From a virus (Duplodnaviria > Caudoviricetes): DNA of 56,670 nucleotides. The notes under the pieces are model-generated. The model was not told the DNA's origin. It did no database searches and was given only the letters and a program-made list of their open reading frames with translations. The stretch lies in IMG/VR virus record IMGVR_UViG_3300042891_000430, positions 1 to 56,670 of that record; one strand, given 5' to 3'. How positions within the stretch are numbered: the stretch's first letter is position 1; every line of letters begins with the position of its first letter. The translations under genes were made by a program, and so were the position numbers. Shown piece after piece: positions 1 through 8,548 of this stretch.

Positions 1-2
1 AC

Positions 3-1037
3 AGCGGCATCTCCATCGAGCTTCAATCGTCGCCCGGTCTTGGCAAGTCCGAGTGGGTTGAGCAAATGCGCGCTATCATGTCCCAACGCGACGGCTTCGA
101 ATGGGGCCTTGCTACCTGCTTCCTCGCCACCATGACGCCAACTGACCTAATGGGTTACATGGTGCCACGTGATCGCGAGTTCGGCGGCAAGCAAGTCTCC
201 GTCTCTGCCTTTACTCTCCCCCCGTGGATGCAGGACCGTAATGGTGTGCCAGTCACCGAGTTCAAGCGTGGCTTCCTATTCCTTGACGAGTTCGGTCAGG
301 GTGAGCCTGAGACTAAGCGCGCCTCTGCCGAGCTGCTGCTCAATCGCCGCCTTGGTCCGTGGCAACTGCCCGATGGCTGGTCCATCATCGCAGCATCTAA
401 CCGTAGCCAAGATCGCTCTGGCGTCACCAAGTCCTTCGACTTCGTTATCAATCGCCGCCTGCAGATCGAGGTTACTCCAGATGTTACCTCGTGGGAGGTA
501 TGGGCCAACAAGAACAATATCGAGCCTCTGTTCGTAGCGTTCGCTGTGTCCAACCCACACATCGTTTTCGAGGGCAAGGTTCCCGACAAGCAAGGTCCGT
601 GGTGCACGCCACGCTCGCTCGTAATGTTGTCTCGCTTGATCCGTGCCACCTACCCCAACGGCCAGATCCCGACCGACCCCGTTGTCATCGAGCTTGCGTC
701 CGGCATGATCGGCGAGGCTGCAGCGCAGCAACTCATCGCCTTCGTCAAGCTAGGTCACGAGCTCCCCAAGTTCAGCGACATCATTGCTGACCCTGCTAAT
801 GCTCCGCTGCCCAAGGCACCAGACGCGCGTATGCTCTCGATCTACGAGCTCTCATCCCGTGTCGATGCCAAGACAGCCAAGCCAGTCCTGCAGTACGTCG
901 ACCGCTTCCCCAAAGAGTTCGCTGCTACGTTCGCCAAGTCTACGTGCCAGCGTATCCCCGAGCTCATCATGACCGATGCGTTCTCTAACTGGGCAACCAA
1001 GAACGCGACCATCGTGTCCATGATGCACGCAGCTTAA
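3..1037 (+). CDS. MoxR-like AAA+ ATPase, 5' truncated by the window edge
   Basis: The frame is open upstream of the called Met66 and contains Walker A SPGLGKS. Walker B is FLFLDE, followed by IIAASN and a TPRS motif. A VWA gene lies nearby. Confidence 0.85.
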   Translation, partial: SGISIELQSSPGLGKSEWVEQMRAIMSQRDGFEWGLATCFLATMTPTDLMGYMVPRDREFGGKQVSVSAFTLPPWMQDRNGVPVTEFKRGFLFLDEFGQGEPETKRASAELLLNRRLGPWQLPDGWSIIAASNRSQDRSGVTKSFDFVINRRLQIEVTPDVTSWEVWANKNNIEPLFVAFAVSNPHIVFEGKVPDKQGPWCTPRSLVMLSRLIRATYPNGQIPTDPVVIELASGMIGEAAAQQLIAFVKLGHELPKFSDIIADPANAPLPKAPDARMLSIYELSSRVDAKTAKPVLQYVDRFPKEFAATFAKSTCQRIPELIMTDAFSNWATKNATIVSMMHAA

Positions 1038-1111
1038 TCGCGGGCCGACGCTAACGACCCCACTCGCGATTAGGATAGGCCCACCCCTGATCCCCCCTCA
1101 TGGGGTGGGCC
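1035..1111 (+). other. Two tandem intergenic stem-loops without a U-tract
   Basis: TAATCGCG/CGCGATTA (1035-1072) and GGCCCACCCC/GGGGTGGGCC (1078-1111). Confidence 0.55.
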
Positions 1112-1144
1112 GCCCCATAACACCATTACAATTAGGAGTAACCG

Positions 1145-1567
1145 ATGCTTCCAGAGACTTATATGAAGCTGTCCGACGATCTCCGTGCGCTGACGTTAGA
1201 GATCATGGGCTGCACCATTCACGAGGAACGTAGTTCGGACTACATGACCAACTCAGGTATGTCTAAGTTCGCGAAGCAGATCGCTAGAGAATTGAAGCGA
1301 CCGTACATTCCATACATTCGCCTTACAGAATATGCCAGACTGGAAATTCCAAATAAGAAATACCTTGACGTACTGCACGCGCCACTTCGATTGGTTGCTG
1401 TGAAGCGCGAGTTCGCTACCTTTGATATGCCAGTACGATACGAGGCACTAAAGGCGTACACCACATATAACTTTAGGGGTGAAGGTCTAACGATATTTCA
1501 TACTTGGCTGCAGCGCACACAGGCAGATCCCGATATGCGCAAAGCGCTCAAGTTACCACCGAAGTAA
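1145..1567 (+). CDS. Hypothetical protein
   Basis: 140 aa ORF with RBS AGGAG-TAACC. Confidence 0.7.
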   Translation: MLPETYMKLSDDLRALTLEIMGCTIHEERSSDYMTNSGMSKFAKQIARELKRPYIPYIRLTEYARLEIPNKKYLDVLHAPLRLVAVKREFATFDMPVRYEALKAYTTYNFRGEGLTIFHTWLQRTQADPDMRKALKLPPK

Positions 1568-1568
1568 C

Positions 1569-1886
1569 ATGGGGAAGGACTACTGGGGACCGCCCACCTA
1601 TGTGAAAGGGCAACGCATCTACAACATCAACAATCTGGCAGACATTGCCGAGCTATCTGGAGACACTATGCAAAAGACAGTAACCATCCAACTGAAGGTC
1701 CGCTTCAAGGATAAGGATCGCTTCAACATCGTACGCCGTGCCGCTGCTCAGTCCGCACGAGGCTTGCTCGCTGCCGCTCAACTCATCTCCGACGAGCACA
1801 AGCCGATGATCGCGGTCACTGCGTTCGACCCATTTGACGGCAACGAAGGTATTGATATCTTCGAACACACCACCGACGAGGAGTAA
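1569..1886 (+). CDS. Hypothetical protein (start may be 1668)
   Basis: Fills the operon gap; GGAG precedes ATG1668. Confidence 0.65.
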   Translation: MGKDYWGPPTYVKGQRIYNINNLADIAELSGDTMQKTVTIQLKVRFKDKDRFNIVRRAAAQSARGLLAAAQLISDEHKPMIAVTAFDPFDGNEGIDIFEHTTDEE

Positions 1887-1891
1887 CCACT

Positions 1892-3160
1892 ATGACTGCA
1901 CGCACAGTTAACTCTATTCCGACTTGCGAGATCACATCTTCTCAGCTCCGTCTATGGACAGAGACACGCGCAGCTTTCCTTTGGAATTGCCCCGCCTTCT
2001 CTCATGTTCTCTACACTATGATGAACCCGTTAGGTTCAGAGTACATCGCCACGTTCACCAAAGACGTGCCGTATGCTGCGACTGACGGCGTCAATGTCCT
2101 CATCAACCCCGATACATTCTTCAAGCTCCCTCTCTCCGAGCGTATCTTCATCCTCGCTCACGAGGTTATGCACGGCATCTGGGATCACTGTGGTCAGGGT
2201 AAGCGTCTCGCCAAGTTAGGCGAGGTGCGTTACTCCGATGGTACCAAGCTCCCATACGAGCATAAGACTATGAACAAGGCGACTGACTACATTATCAATG
2301 ACGCGCTCATCGAGGCTGACGTCGGCTCGTTTCCGACAATGGGCTTACATGATCGCACCATTGCAACAGGTAACGACAGCGCCATGGATGCGTACCGCAA
2401 AGTATATGAGAACGACGATGGCGGTAGCGGCGGTAATGATGGCGGCGGTTTCGACGAGCATCTCGAACCCGGTGATGGCAAAGGTAACTCCGAGCGTAAC
2501 GAGATCGAGTGGAAGCAGGCTGTAGCTGCTGGACTTGCTGCTGCTAAAGCTCAGGGCAAGTTACCGTCCAACATCGAGCGTATGTTCGGCGACATCCTCG
2601 ATCCTCAGGTTCCGTGGACAGACAAGATCGATGCGTTCTTCGCTCGCAAGGTTGGCTCAGGCAGCTATGACTGGCGGCGTCCTGATCGTCGTCTTATCTC
2701 TCGCGAAGATCCTATCTATGCACCCGGTCGCTCAGGCCACGCTGCGGGTACTATCGTAGTAGCTATCGATACGTCCGGCTCTATCGCTGCAGATCCCGGC
2801 ATCATCGACCGCTTCTTCGCCGAGCTCTCTGGTATCGTCGAGGATCTCAAGCCTCGTCGCCTTCTCGCAGTGTGGTGCGATGCTAAGGTTCATCGCATCG
2901 ACGAGGTCGAGGACGCTAGCGATCTTCGTGCGCTACGTGCCAAACCAGTTCCCGGTTGGGGTGGTACGTCCTTCGTTCCTGTGTTCGACTGGGTTGCAGA
3001 GCATGACCTGTCTCCAGACGCTCTGGTCTATCTGACAGATGGCGACGGCTCGTTCCCCGACACACAACCAAGCTATCCAGTCCTCTGGGGTGACATCTCC
3101 AACGAGGCCAAAAAGTATCCATGGGGCGACGTAGTCGAGTGCCCCATCAAGGCATCCTGA
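1892..3160 (+). CDS. Metallopeptidase-like plus VWA domain protein (DUF2201-like)
   Basis: AATDG motif, HEVMH zincin motif, MIDAS-like DTSGS, GGTSF and YLTDG. Confidence 0.85.
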   Translation: MTARTVNSIPTCEITSSQLRLWTETRAAFLWNCPAFSHVLYTMMNPLGSEYIATFTKDVPYAATDGVNVLINPDTFFKLPLSERIFILAHEVMHGIWDHCGQGKRLAKLGEVRYSDGTKLPYEHKTMNKATDYIINDALIEADVGSFPTMGLHDRTIATGNDSAMDAYRKVYENDDGGSGGNDGGGFDEHLEPGDGKGNSERNEIEWKQAVAAGLAAAKAQGKLPSNIERMFGDILDPQVPWTDKIDAFFARKVGSGSYDWRRPDRRLISREDPIYAPGRSGHAAGTIVVAIDTSGSIAADPGIIDRFFAELSGIVEDLKPRRLLAVWCDAKVHRIDEVEDASDLRALRAKPVPGWGGTSFVPVFDWVAEHDLSPDALVYLTDGDGSFPDTQPSYPVLWGDISNEAKKYPWGDVVECPIKAS

Positions 3161-3357
3161 CGGGGGGTAGTCTCCTACCCACGACCGCTAGTGGGGTCGG
3201 GTGAGCGTGACAGCGTGCGGTTTTCCTTCTTTTTCACCGCACGGTCTGAAGGCGCGACAAGGCAGGGTTCGGTGCCCCCGTACAGGTAAGCCGAAACATA
3301 CCACCGTGAAACCTTGCAATCCCCACACTTCTCTTTCGTAACTATTAGGAGTAACCG

Positions 3358-4053
3358 ATGTCTGCTTTTAGCCCACCAGTCTTCCATGTGCTCTGCAACG
3401 CATTAGAAACTCTCAATAGGCGTATGTACTCATTGTATGAGTGCAACATCAACGCTTACGAGGTCTTTGACTATTTTGTCCCAAAGGAAGATCAGGACGC
3501 ACTGCACCGCGCACAACAACTAGGCGCACGATCCGCAACTTACAATGAAGTGACTTCCTTCAAATACGACAACGCAGTCTTTCAAGTCGACCTGCGCGGC
3601 GTGCAGAAGCTAGTCCCCAACTATCTCGCAGGATCATCCCGCACACTGACGCCAGACCTGCCGTTCTTCACACGCATATCGGAGTACATCGACAAGATCA
3701 CACCGATAGCTGACGAGTTCGCAAATGTCCGCGCAGTTCTTAGCCTACTCGACAAACATTGTAAGAACCCTAAACAGGTTAGGTTCTTCATGCCGGGTAT
3801 CACGACCCTATTCATGACCGCCGATATGAAGGATCACGCTAGGGTACTTACGCCTACACCTAAGTTACGTAGTCAGCCGACAATACCAATGGGTACTCGG
3901 CAGGCCATTATCGATGCTAACGCAACCATCGCCAAGGCTACACTACTTCCGACCAAGGACAACTCTCCGTCGGCTCGTAGGTATAGTGTTAGATTTGGCA
4001 CCAACTACGTCACCGAATGGGGCGACACAATCCGTCGTCTGGAGTGCTCATAA
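3358..4053 (+). CDS. Hypothetical protein
   Basis: 231 aa ORF with RBS AGGAG-TAACC. Confidence 0.75.
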   Translation: MSAFSPPVFHVLCNALETLNRRMYSLYECNINAYEVFDYFVPKEDQDALHRAQQLGARSATYNEVTSFKYDNAVFQVDLRGVQKLVPNYLAGSSRTLTPDLPFFTRISEYIDKITPIADEFANVRAVLSLLDKHCKNPKQVRFFMPGITTLFMTADMKDHARVLTPTPKLRSQPTIPMGTRQAIIDANATIAKATLLPTKDNSPSARRYSVRFGTNYVTEWGDTIRRLECS

Positions 4054-4129
4054 AAAAGGGCGGCGAGGGTAACCACCAACCTCGCCGCCCACTAACTCCC
4101 ACCCAAGGAGAGCCACCGCCGTGGCTCCC
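4053..4129 (-). ncRNA. Candidate ~75-nt small RNA on the - strand
   Basis: 5' hairpin, a 16-nt linker and a GC-rich terminator hairpin with U-tract (4053-4090). Preceded by TTGACA-N17-TATTTA. Confidence 0.5.
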
Positions 4130-4132
4130 GAT

Positions 4133-4161
4133 TAAATAGATCTTGTGCCCCCAACTGTCAA
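4133..4161 (-). promoter_or_regulatory. Sigma70-type promoter
   Basis: - strand TTGACA (4161-4156), 17-nt spacer, TATTTA (4138-4133). Confidence 0.55.
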
Positions 4162-4186
4162 CACCGCTACTACTAGAGTAACCAAC

Positions 4187-6061
4187 ATGCAGACAATTTA
4201 TTTAGACTTCGAGACGTACTACTCGAATGAATACTCGCTGCGGAAGATGACGCCAGTGGAGTACATCTTAGATCCACGCTACGAAACTATTGGTGCTGCC
4301 ATAGCTATTGATGATGGCGAACCTTTCTGGTTGGGCGAGGCAGAGTTCAGGCAGTGGGTACTCGATAACTATCAAGAGTTACTTAACTCGAAGATCGTCA
4401 GCCACAATGCGCTATTCGATATGTGCATCTTGGAATGGCGATATTCTCTCGTGCCGAAGCTCATGATTGATACGCTCGGCATGGCGAGGGCCAAGTGTGC
4501 CTATAACACCAACTCACTATCTCTTTCTTCACTAGCCACCCACTTTGGTATCGGCGTCAAAGGTGATGCGATCATGAAGGTCGCTGGCATGAACGCTGTG
4601 GCGATGAAGCAGGCTGGTGTCTACCAAGCTCTCGCCGACTATGCGCTTAACGATGTTGATTTGTGCCGTGAGATTTATCGTCGCCTGCAACCATACCCAG
4701 TGACAGAACTTGTCATCCAAGACATGGTTCTGCGCTGCGCTGTGCAGCCATCCTTTACTCTCAATAGTAACTTGCTCGCTGAACATCTTCACGAAGTCAG
4801 GATGAGTAAGGAGGCTCTGCTCTTCAAAGCTGGCCTAACATCACGAGACGATCTGATGAGCAACGAGAAGTTTGCTCAAGCTCTGCGTAACTTCGGCGTC
4901 GAGCCTCCCATGAAGACATCACTTACAACTGGCAAGGCTACGTATGCTTTCTCGAAGACAGACCCAGCGTTCTTAGAATTAGAAGAACACGATAACCCAG
5001 ACGTGCAGGCTCTTGTCTCTGCCCGCCTTGGGCTCAAATCTACATTAGAAGAGAGCCGCACAGAGAAATTCCTGCGCATCGCTAACCTGCAATGGCCGGA
5101 TGGAAAGTGCGCTATCATGCCTATCCCGCTGCGCTATTCTGGTGCCCACACCCACCGTCTTTCCGGCGATTGGGGCATCAACATGCAGAACCTCCCACGT
5201 GGCGGCAAGTTACGTAAGGCGCTCGTAGCCCCAGAAGGTTTCTCTGTCGTCGCCGCTGACGCGGCACAGATCGAAGCCCGCATGGTTGCTTGGTTCGCTG
5301 GCGAGCAGAAGCTCGTCGATCAATTCGCTGCCGGTGAGGACGTATACTGCTCGTTCGCCTCGGTCGTGTTCGGTCGCACGATCACCAAGGCCGACAAGAA
5401 GGAGCGCTGGATCGGCAAGACCGCAGTGCTCGGTCTGGGTTACGGCATGGGGTGGATGAAATTCCAATCCACCGTCAAAATTCTCTCTAAGAACCAGCTA
5501 GGAGAACAGATTGAGCTCGACGATGCTGAGGCCCAGCGCATCGTCACTGCCTACCGCACGACATACCCCAAGATCCCTGCAACGTGGCATATGCTGAATA
5601 GCCATCTGTCCTTCATGGCTAGTGCGTACGAGGATGAGCACAACTGCATTGGTCCGGTTACTTCGGGCGTAACCATCTATCGCGAGCGTATCGACCTGCC
5701 ATCCGGTCTATCGCTCTACTACCATAAGCTCAGGCAAGAGGACGGTCAGTGGGTCTTTGACTTTGGGCGTACGAAGAACAAGCGCATCTTTGGCGGCAAA
5801 CTACTAGAGAACATCGTCCAAGCTCTAGCACGCATTGTTGTGATGGATGCTGCGCTGCGTCTACGCAAGAAGCTCTCTACGTATGAGATCCAACTGTCTG
5901 GTCAGGTTCACGACGAACTTATCTACATTGTGCCAGACGACATGGTCGCTGTGGTTACTAAGCTAGTACTGGACGAGATGAGTACCGCCCCGAAATGGGC
6001 AGAGGGTTTGCCTCTGTCTGCAGAAGCAGAAGCTGGACCATCGTACGGAGACGCAAAATGA
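4187..6061 (+). CDS. polA: Family A DNA polymerase with 3'-5' exonuclease domain
   Basis: ExoI LDFETY, NMQNLP, motif A DAAQIEAR, motif B RWIGKTAVLGLGYG and motif C QVHDE. Start taken at ATG4187 after GAGTAACC. Confidence 0.95.
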   Translation: MQTIYLDFETYYSNEYSLRKMTPVEYILDPRYETIGAAIAIDDGEPFWLGEAEFRQWVLDNYQELLNSKIVSHNALFDMCILEWRYSLVPKLMIDTLGMARAKCAYNTNSLSLSSLATHFGIGVKGDAIMKVAGMNAVAMKQAGVYQALADYALNDVDLCREIYRRLQPYPVTELVIQDMVLRCAVQPSFTLNSNLLAEHLHEVRMSKEALLFKAGLTSRDDLMSNEKFAQALRNFGVEPPMKTSLTTGKATYAFSKTDPAFLELEEHDNPDVQALVSARLGLKSTLEESRTEKFLRIANLQWPDGKCAIMPIPLRYSGAHTHRLSGDWGINMQNLPRGGKLRKALVAPEGFSVVAADAAQIEARMVAWFAGEQKLVDQFAAGEDVYCSFASVVFGRTITKADKKERWIGKTAVLGLGYGMGWMKFQSTVKILSKNQLGEQIELDDAEAQRIVTAYRTTYPKIPATWHMLNSHLSFMASAYEDEHNCIGPVTSGVTIYRERIDLPSGLSLYYHKLRQEDGQWVFDFGRTKNKRIFGGKLLENIVQALARIVVMDAALRLRKKLSTYEIQLSGQVHDELIYIVPDDMVAVVTKLVLDEMSTAPKWAEGLPLSAEAEAGPSYGDAK

Positions 6062-6084
6062 GCCAAGCACCCCAAACTTGTTAC

Positions 6085-6113
6085 TTTACATGGCGGTAAA
6101 ATAGGACTATCTT
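6085..6113 (+). promoter_or_regulatory. Sigma70-type promoter
   Basis: TTTACA (6085-6090), 17-nt spacer, TATCTT (6108-6113). Confidence 0.55.
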
Positions 6114-6119
6114 TTTGGT

Positions 6120-6189
6120 GTTCGAGGACTGATCCTTGGGCGTTTCCTCCCTTGACTTGGCGGGGGCTAAAACCCCCCGCTCCTTTTTT
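6120..6189 (+). ncRNA. Candidate ~70-nt sRNA with an anti-Shine-Dalgarno seed
   Basis: 5' hairpin, single-stranded UUUCCUCCC (6143-6151), and a terminator GCGGGGG/CCCCCGC followed by a T-tract. Confidence 0.5.
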
Positions 6190-6199
6190 CGGTGCGGCT

Positions 6200-6373
6200 A
6201 TGGATTGGATGGCTACTATAATTGTAATTTCGATCTGCATCGCTATCGGCATGATGATCGAAAGGCTACGCTGGCAGATCAGAGCGTACAAAGAAACTCT
6301 GCGTGCCGAAGAAGAGGTACGGTATCTATACGCTGAAGATATCGAGGGTCGTCGCAATGAACCCAACCACTGA
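6200..6373 (+). CDS. Small membrane protein
   Basis: Hydrophobic N-terminus MDWMATIIVISICIAIGMMI. Confidence 0.55.
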   Translation: MDWMATIIVISICIAIGMMIERLRWQIRAYKETLRAEEEVRYLYAEDIEGRRNEPNH

Positions 6374-6707
6374 GATCGAGATACTAAAGGGCCGCATTGG
6401 TGATCTAGAAAAGACGCTAAAGCTAGTTGACCCACTAACCGCAACGTACAAACTACCGCCCGCTCTTCGTAAAATTTTTGGACTACTCGTAGCACTGCCG
6501 TACGTAACCCACGAAATGCTCGAACAGCAGCTTGGCCTTACAGCATCGGCACGGGTAGCCATCCACCGTCTTCGCCGTCGCCTTAAACCGTACGGCATCG
6601 AAATCAAATCGCGTTTCTCTGTTGGCTATTGGATCGAGAAAGAGACGCGGGACAAAATTCAAGGGGTTACTTCTAGTGGTAACTCCAAGACCGAGCTCTC
6701 TGCCTGA
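6357..6707 (+). CDS. Winged-helix DNA-binding protein (OmpR-C-like)
   Basis: ARVAIHRLRRRL...IKSRFSVGYWI resembles a wHTH recognition helix and wing. Confidence 0.65.
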   Translation: MNPTTEIEILKGRIGDLEKTLKLVDPLTATYKLPPALRKIFGLLVALPYVTHEMLEQQLGLTASARVAIHRLRRRLKPYGIEIKSRFSVGYWIEKETRDKIQGVTSSGNSKTELSA

Positions 6708-6797
6708 CAGTGCGAGAGACGACAGCAATGGTGCTGTCGCTGGTTCATAGCTACATAGTGGCTCTGCTCCAACCCTACTGTCTCTCTGTTCAACTTG

Positions 6798-6823
6798 CTC
6801 CCGGCGAAAGCCGGGGGCCTTTT
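6798..6823 (+). terminator. Intrinsic terminator
   Basis: CTCCCGGC-GAAA-GCCGGGGG followed by CCTTTT. Confidence 0.55.
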
Positions 6824-6834
6824 GGAAAACCATC

Positions 6835-6924
6835 ATGAGCGAGTACTTCATCCACGTCTTCATCTTTATGGTAGGTGTAGCCGCAGGATCATTGTTCGCT
6901 TGTTTTTATGAGCGTTCAAAATGA
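6835..6924 (+). CDS. 29-aa hydrophobic peptide (not in the ORF track)
   Basis: MSEYFIHVFIFMVGVAAGSLFACFYERSK; its stop overlaps the next start. Confidence 0.45.
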   Translation: MSEYFIHVFIFMVGVAAGSLFACFYERSK

Positions 6925-7385
6925 TGCTGGACATACCCGATGTCACAAAGAAATGGGATCACAGGTATCTTCAACTCGCTGCTATCGTTGCTACGTGGTC
7001 AAAAGATCCGTCCACGAAAGTCGGTGCAGTTATCGTACGACCCAACCGCACCGTTGTGTCGCTTGGTTATAACGGGTTTCCGCGATCCGTTAGAGATGAC
7101 GGGGCGCTTTATAACGACCGTCCGACCAAGCTATTGCGGACGGTACATGCAGAAGCGAACGCGATCCTAACGGCAGGTCAATCTGTCAAAGGCTGCACGA
7201 TTTACGTATCACCATTACACCCTTGCGCTACGTGTGCTGGGATCATCATCCAGTCTGGTATCTCACGTGTTGTAGCTTACATGCCAAGTAAACCACTGGC
7301 TTGGGAGCAGAGTTTTGCTGCAGCGCAAGAGATGTTCGACGAAGCCCGCGTTGTGGTTAACGTGACTACGGAAGTAACCGACTGA
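6921..7385 (+). CDS. dCMP deaminase
   Basis: SKDPSTKVGA, GYNGFP, HAEAN and PCATC zinc motifs. Confidence 0.92.
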   Translation: MMLDIPDVTKKWDHRYLQLAAIVATWSKDPSTKVGAVIVRPNRTVVSLGYNGFPRSVRDDGALYNDRPTKLLRTVHAEANAILTAGQSVKGCTIYVSPLHPCATCAGIIIQSGISRVVAYMPSKPLAWEQSFAAAQEMFDEARVVVNVTTEVTD

Positions 7386-7392
7386 GGAAGTA

Positions 7393-7575
7393 ATGACTAC
7401 CACCCAATACACTTTGATCCATATGCCAACCACCAAAAGAGGCAGATGGTTTATTGCCCGCCGCAGTGTCGGAGATACCTACATAACCGTGGCCGAGTGC
7501 CACACCGAATACGCGGCGCGGGAACTGCTGAAAGAACTCACGCAGAAGCCCGATAAACTGGAACGGATCGAATGA
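7393..7575 (+). CDS. Hypothetical protein
   Basis: RBS GAGG; ATGA overlap with the next gene. Confidence 0.65.
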   Translation: MTTTQYTLIHMPTTKRGRWFIARRSVGDTYITVAECHTEYAARELLKELTQKPDKLERIE

Positions 7576-8264
7576 GTTTCACAGTTACTACCACACGTAA
7601 CCGGCCAAAGCCTTTCTCTTGGTCTTACAGCAAGCTCAAGAACTACGAGACTTGCCCTAAGCGTCACTGGCATCTCGACATCGCCAAGGACGTGAAGGAA
7701 GAAGAGAGTGAGCATATCCAGTACGGTAACGCTCTGCACAAGGCACTAGCAGAACGTATCGAGAAAGGTACCCCTCTGCCGAAGCCGTTCGAGAAGAACG
7801 AAGAGTGGTGCCTAAAGGTTATTGGTGACGGCACAGCTCGGCTTCTCGTCGAGCAGAAGCTAGCTATCAACAAAGACTTTGGGCCATGCTCATGGTTCGG
7901 AGATGAGGCTTGGTACCGTGGTATCGCTGACGTGATTAAGATCGTCGGCCCCGTAGCTGTCGTACTAGACTGGAAGACTGGGAAGATCCAAGAAGACGGA
8001 TCGCAGCTTGCGCTTATGGCTCAGTGTGTTTTCGCACACCACCCAGACGTGCAGAAGATCCGCACAGAATTTGTCTGGCTTAAAGAAGACGCAACCACAC
8101 GCGCTGACTTCACACGTGATGACATGCCTAAGATTTGGAATGGTCTGCTGCCTCGTGTGAAGACGTTAGAAGACGCCTCAGTCTCGGTTAACTACCCACC
8201 CAAGCCGGGAAATCTTTGCCGCCGTTGGTGCCCTGTTACACAGTGTCCGCACAATGGTGAGTGA
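7572..8264 (+). CDS. PD-(D/E)XK Cas4-like exonuclease
   Basis: WSYS...CP N-terminus, D...DWKTG catalytic motif, and C-terminal CxxxCPxxxC Fe-S-type cysteines. Confidence 0.85.
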   Translation: MSFTVTTTRNRPKPFSWSYSKLKNYETCPKRHWHLDIAKDVKEEESEHIQYGNALHKALAERIEKGTPLPKPFEKNEEWCLKVIGDGTARLLVEQKLAINKDFGPCSWFGDEAWYRGIADVIKIVGPVAVVLDWKTGKIQEDGSQLALMAQCVFAHHPDVQKIRTEFVWLKEDATTRADFTRDDMPKIWNGLLPRVKTLEDASVSVNYPPKPGNLCRRWCPVTQCPHNGE

Positions 8265-8548
8265 TGTCGACGCCGGAAGGCAAAGTAAAACGAAAGGTAT
8301 CGGAGTTACTAAAGAAGTACCCCGGTATGTATTACGAAATGCCCGTTCCCGGTGGGTACGGGAAAAGCGGTCTAGATTATTTTGGCTGCTACAAAGGAAA
8401 GTTCTTCTCGGTCGAGACTAAAGCGCCCGGTAAGAAACCAACTGAACGACAACAACTAACCATCGCTGCAATCACCCGTGCTGGCGGTGCCGTCTTCGTC
8501 ATCGATGGGGACACCACCCAACTCAAAGAATGGCTCGACCACCAATGA
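8264..8548 (+). CDS. VRR-NUC domain nuclease
   Basis: TPEGKVK...LD...VETKAPG-KPTERQ pattern. Confidence 0.85.
   Translation: MSTPEGKVKRKVSELLKKYPGMYYEMPVPGGYGKSGLDYFGCYKGKFFSVETKAPGKKPTERQQLTIAAITRAGGAVFVIDGDTTQLKEWLDHQ

Noticed and set aside
3244-3320. Hammerhead ribozyme (CTGAAG...CGAAAC)
   Set aside because: The core reads CUGAAGG rather than CUGANGA, and the stems do not fit the hammerhead topology.
7572-8264. Cas4-like gene as part of a CRISPR system
   Set aside because: I saw no repeat-spacer array or other cas genes; the context is a standard phage replication module.
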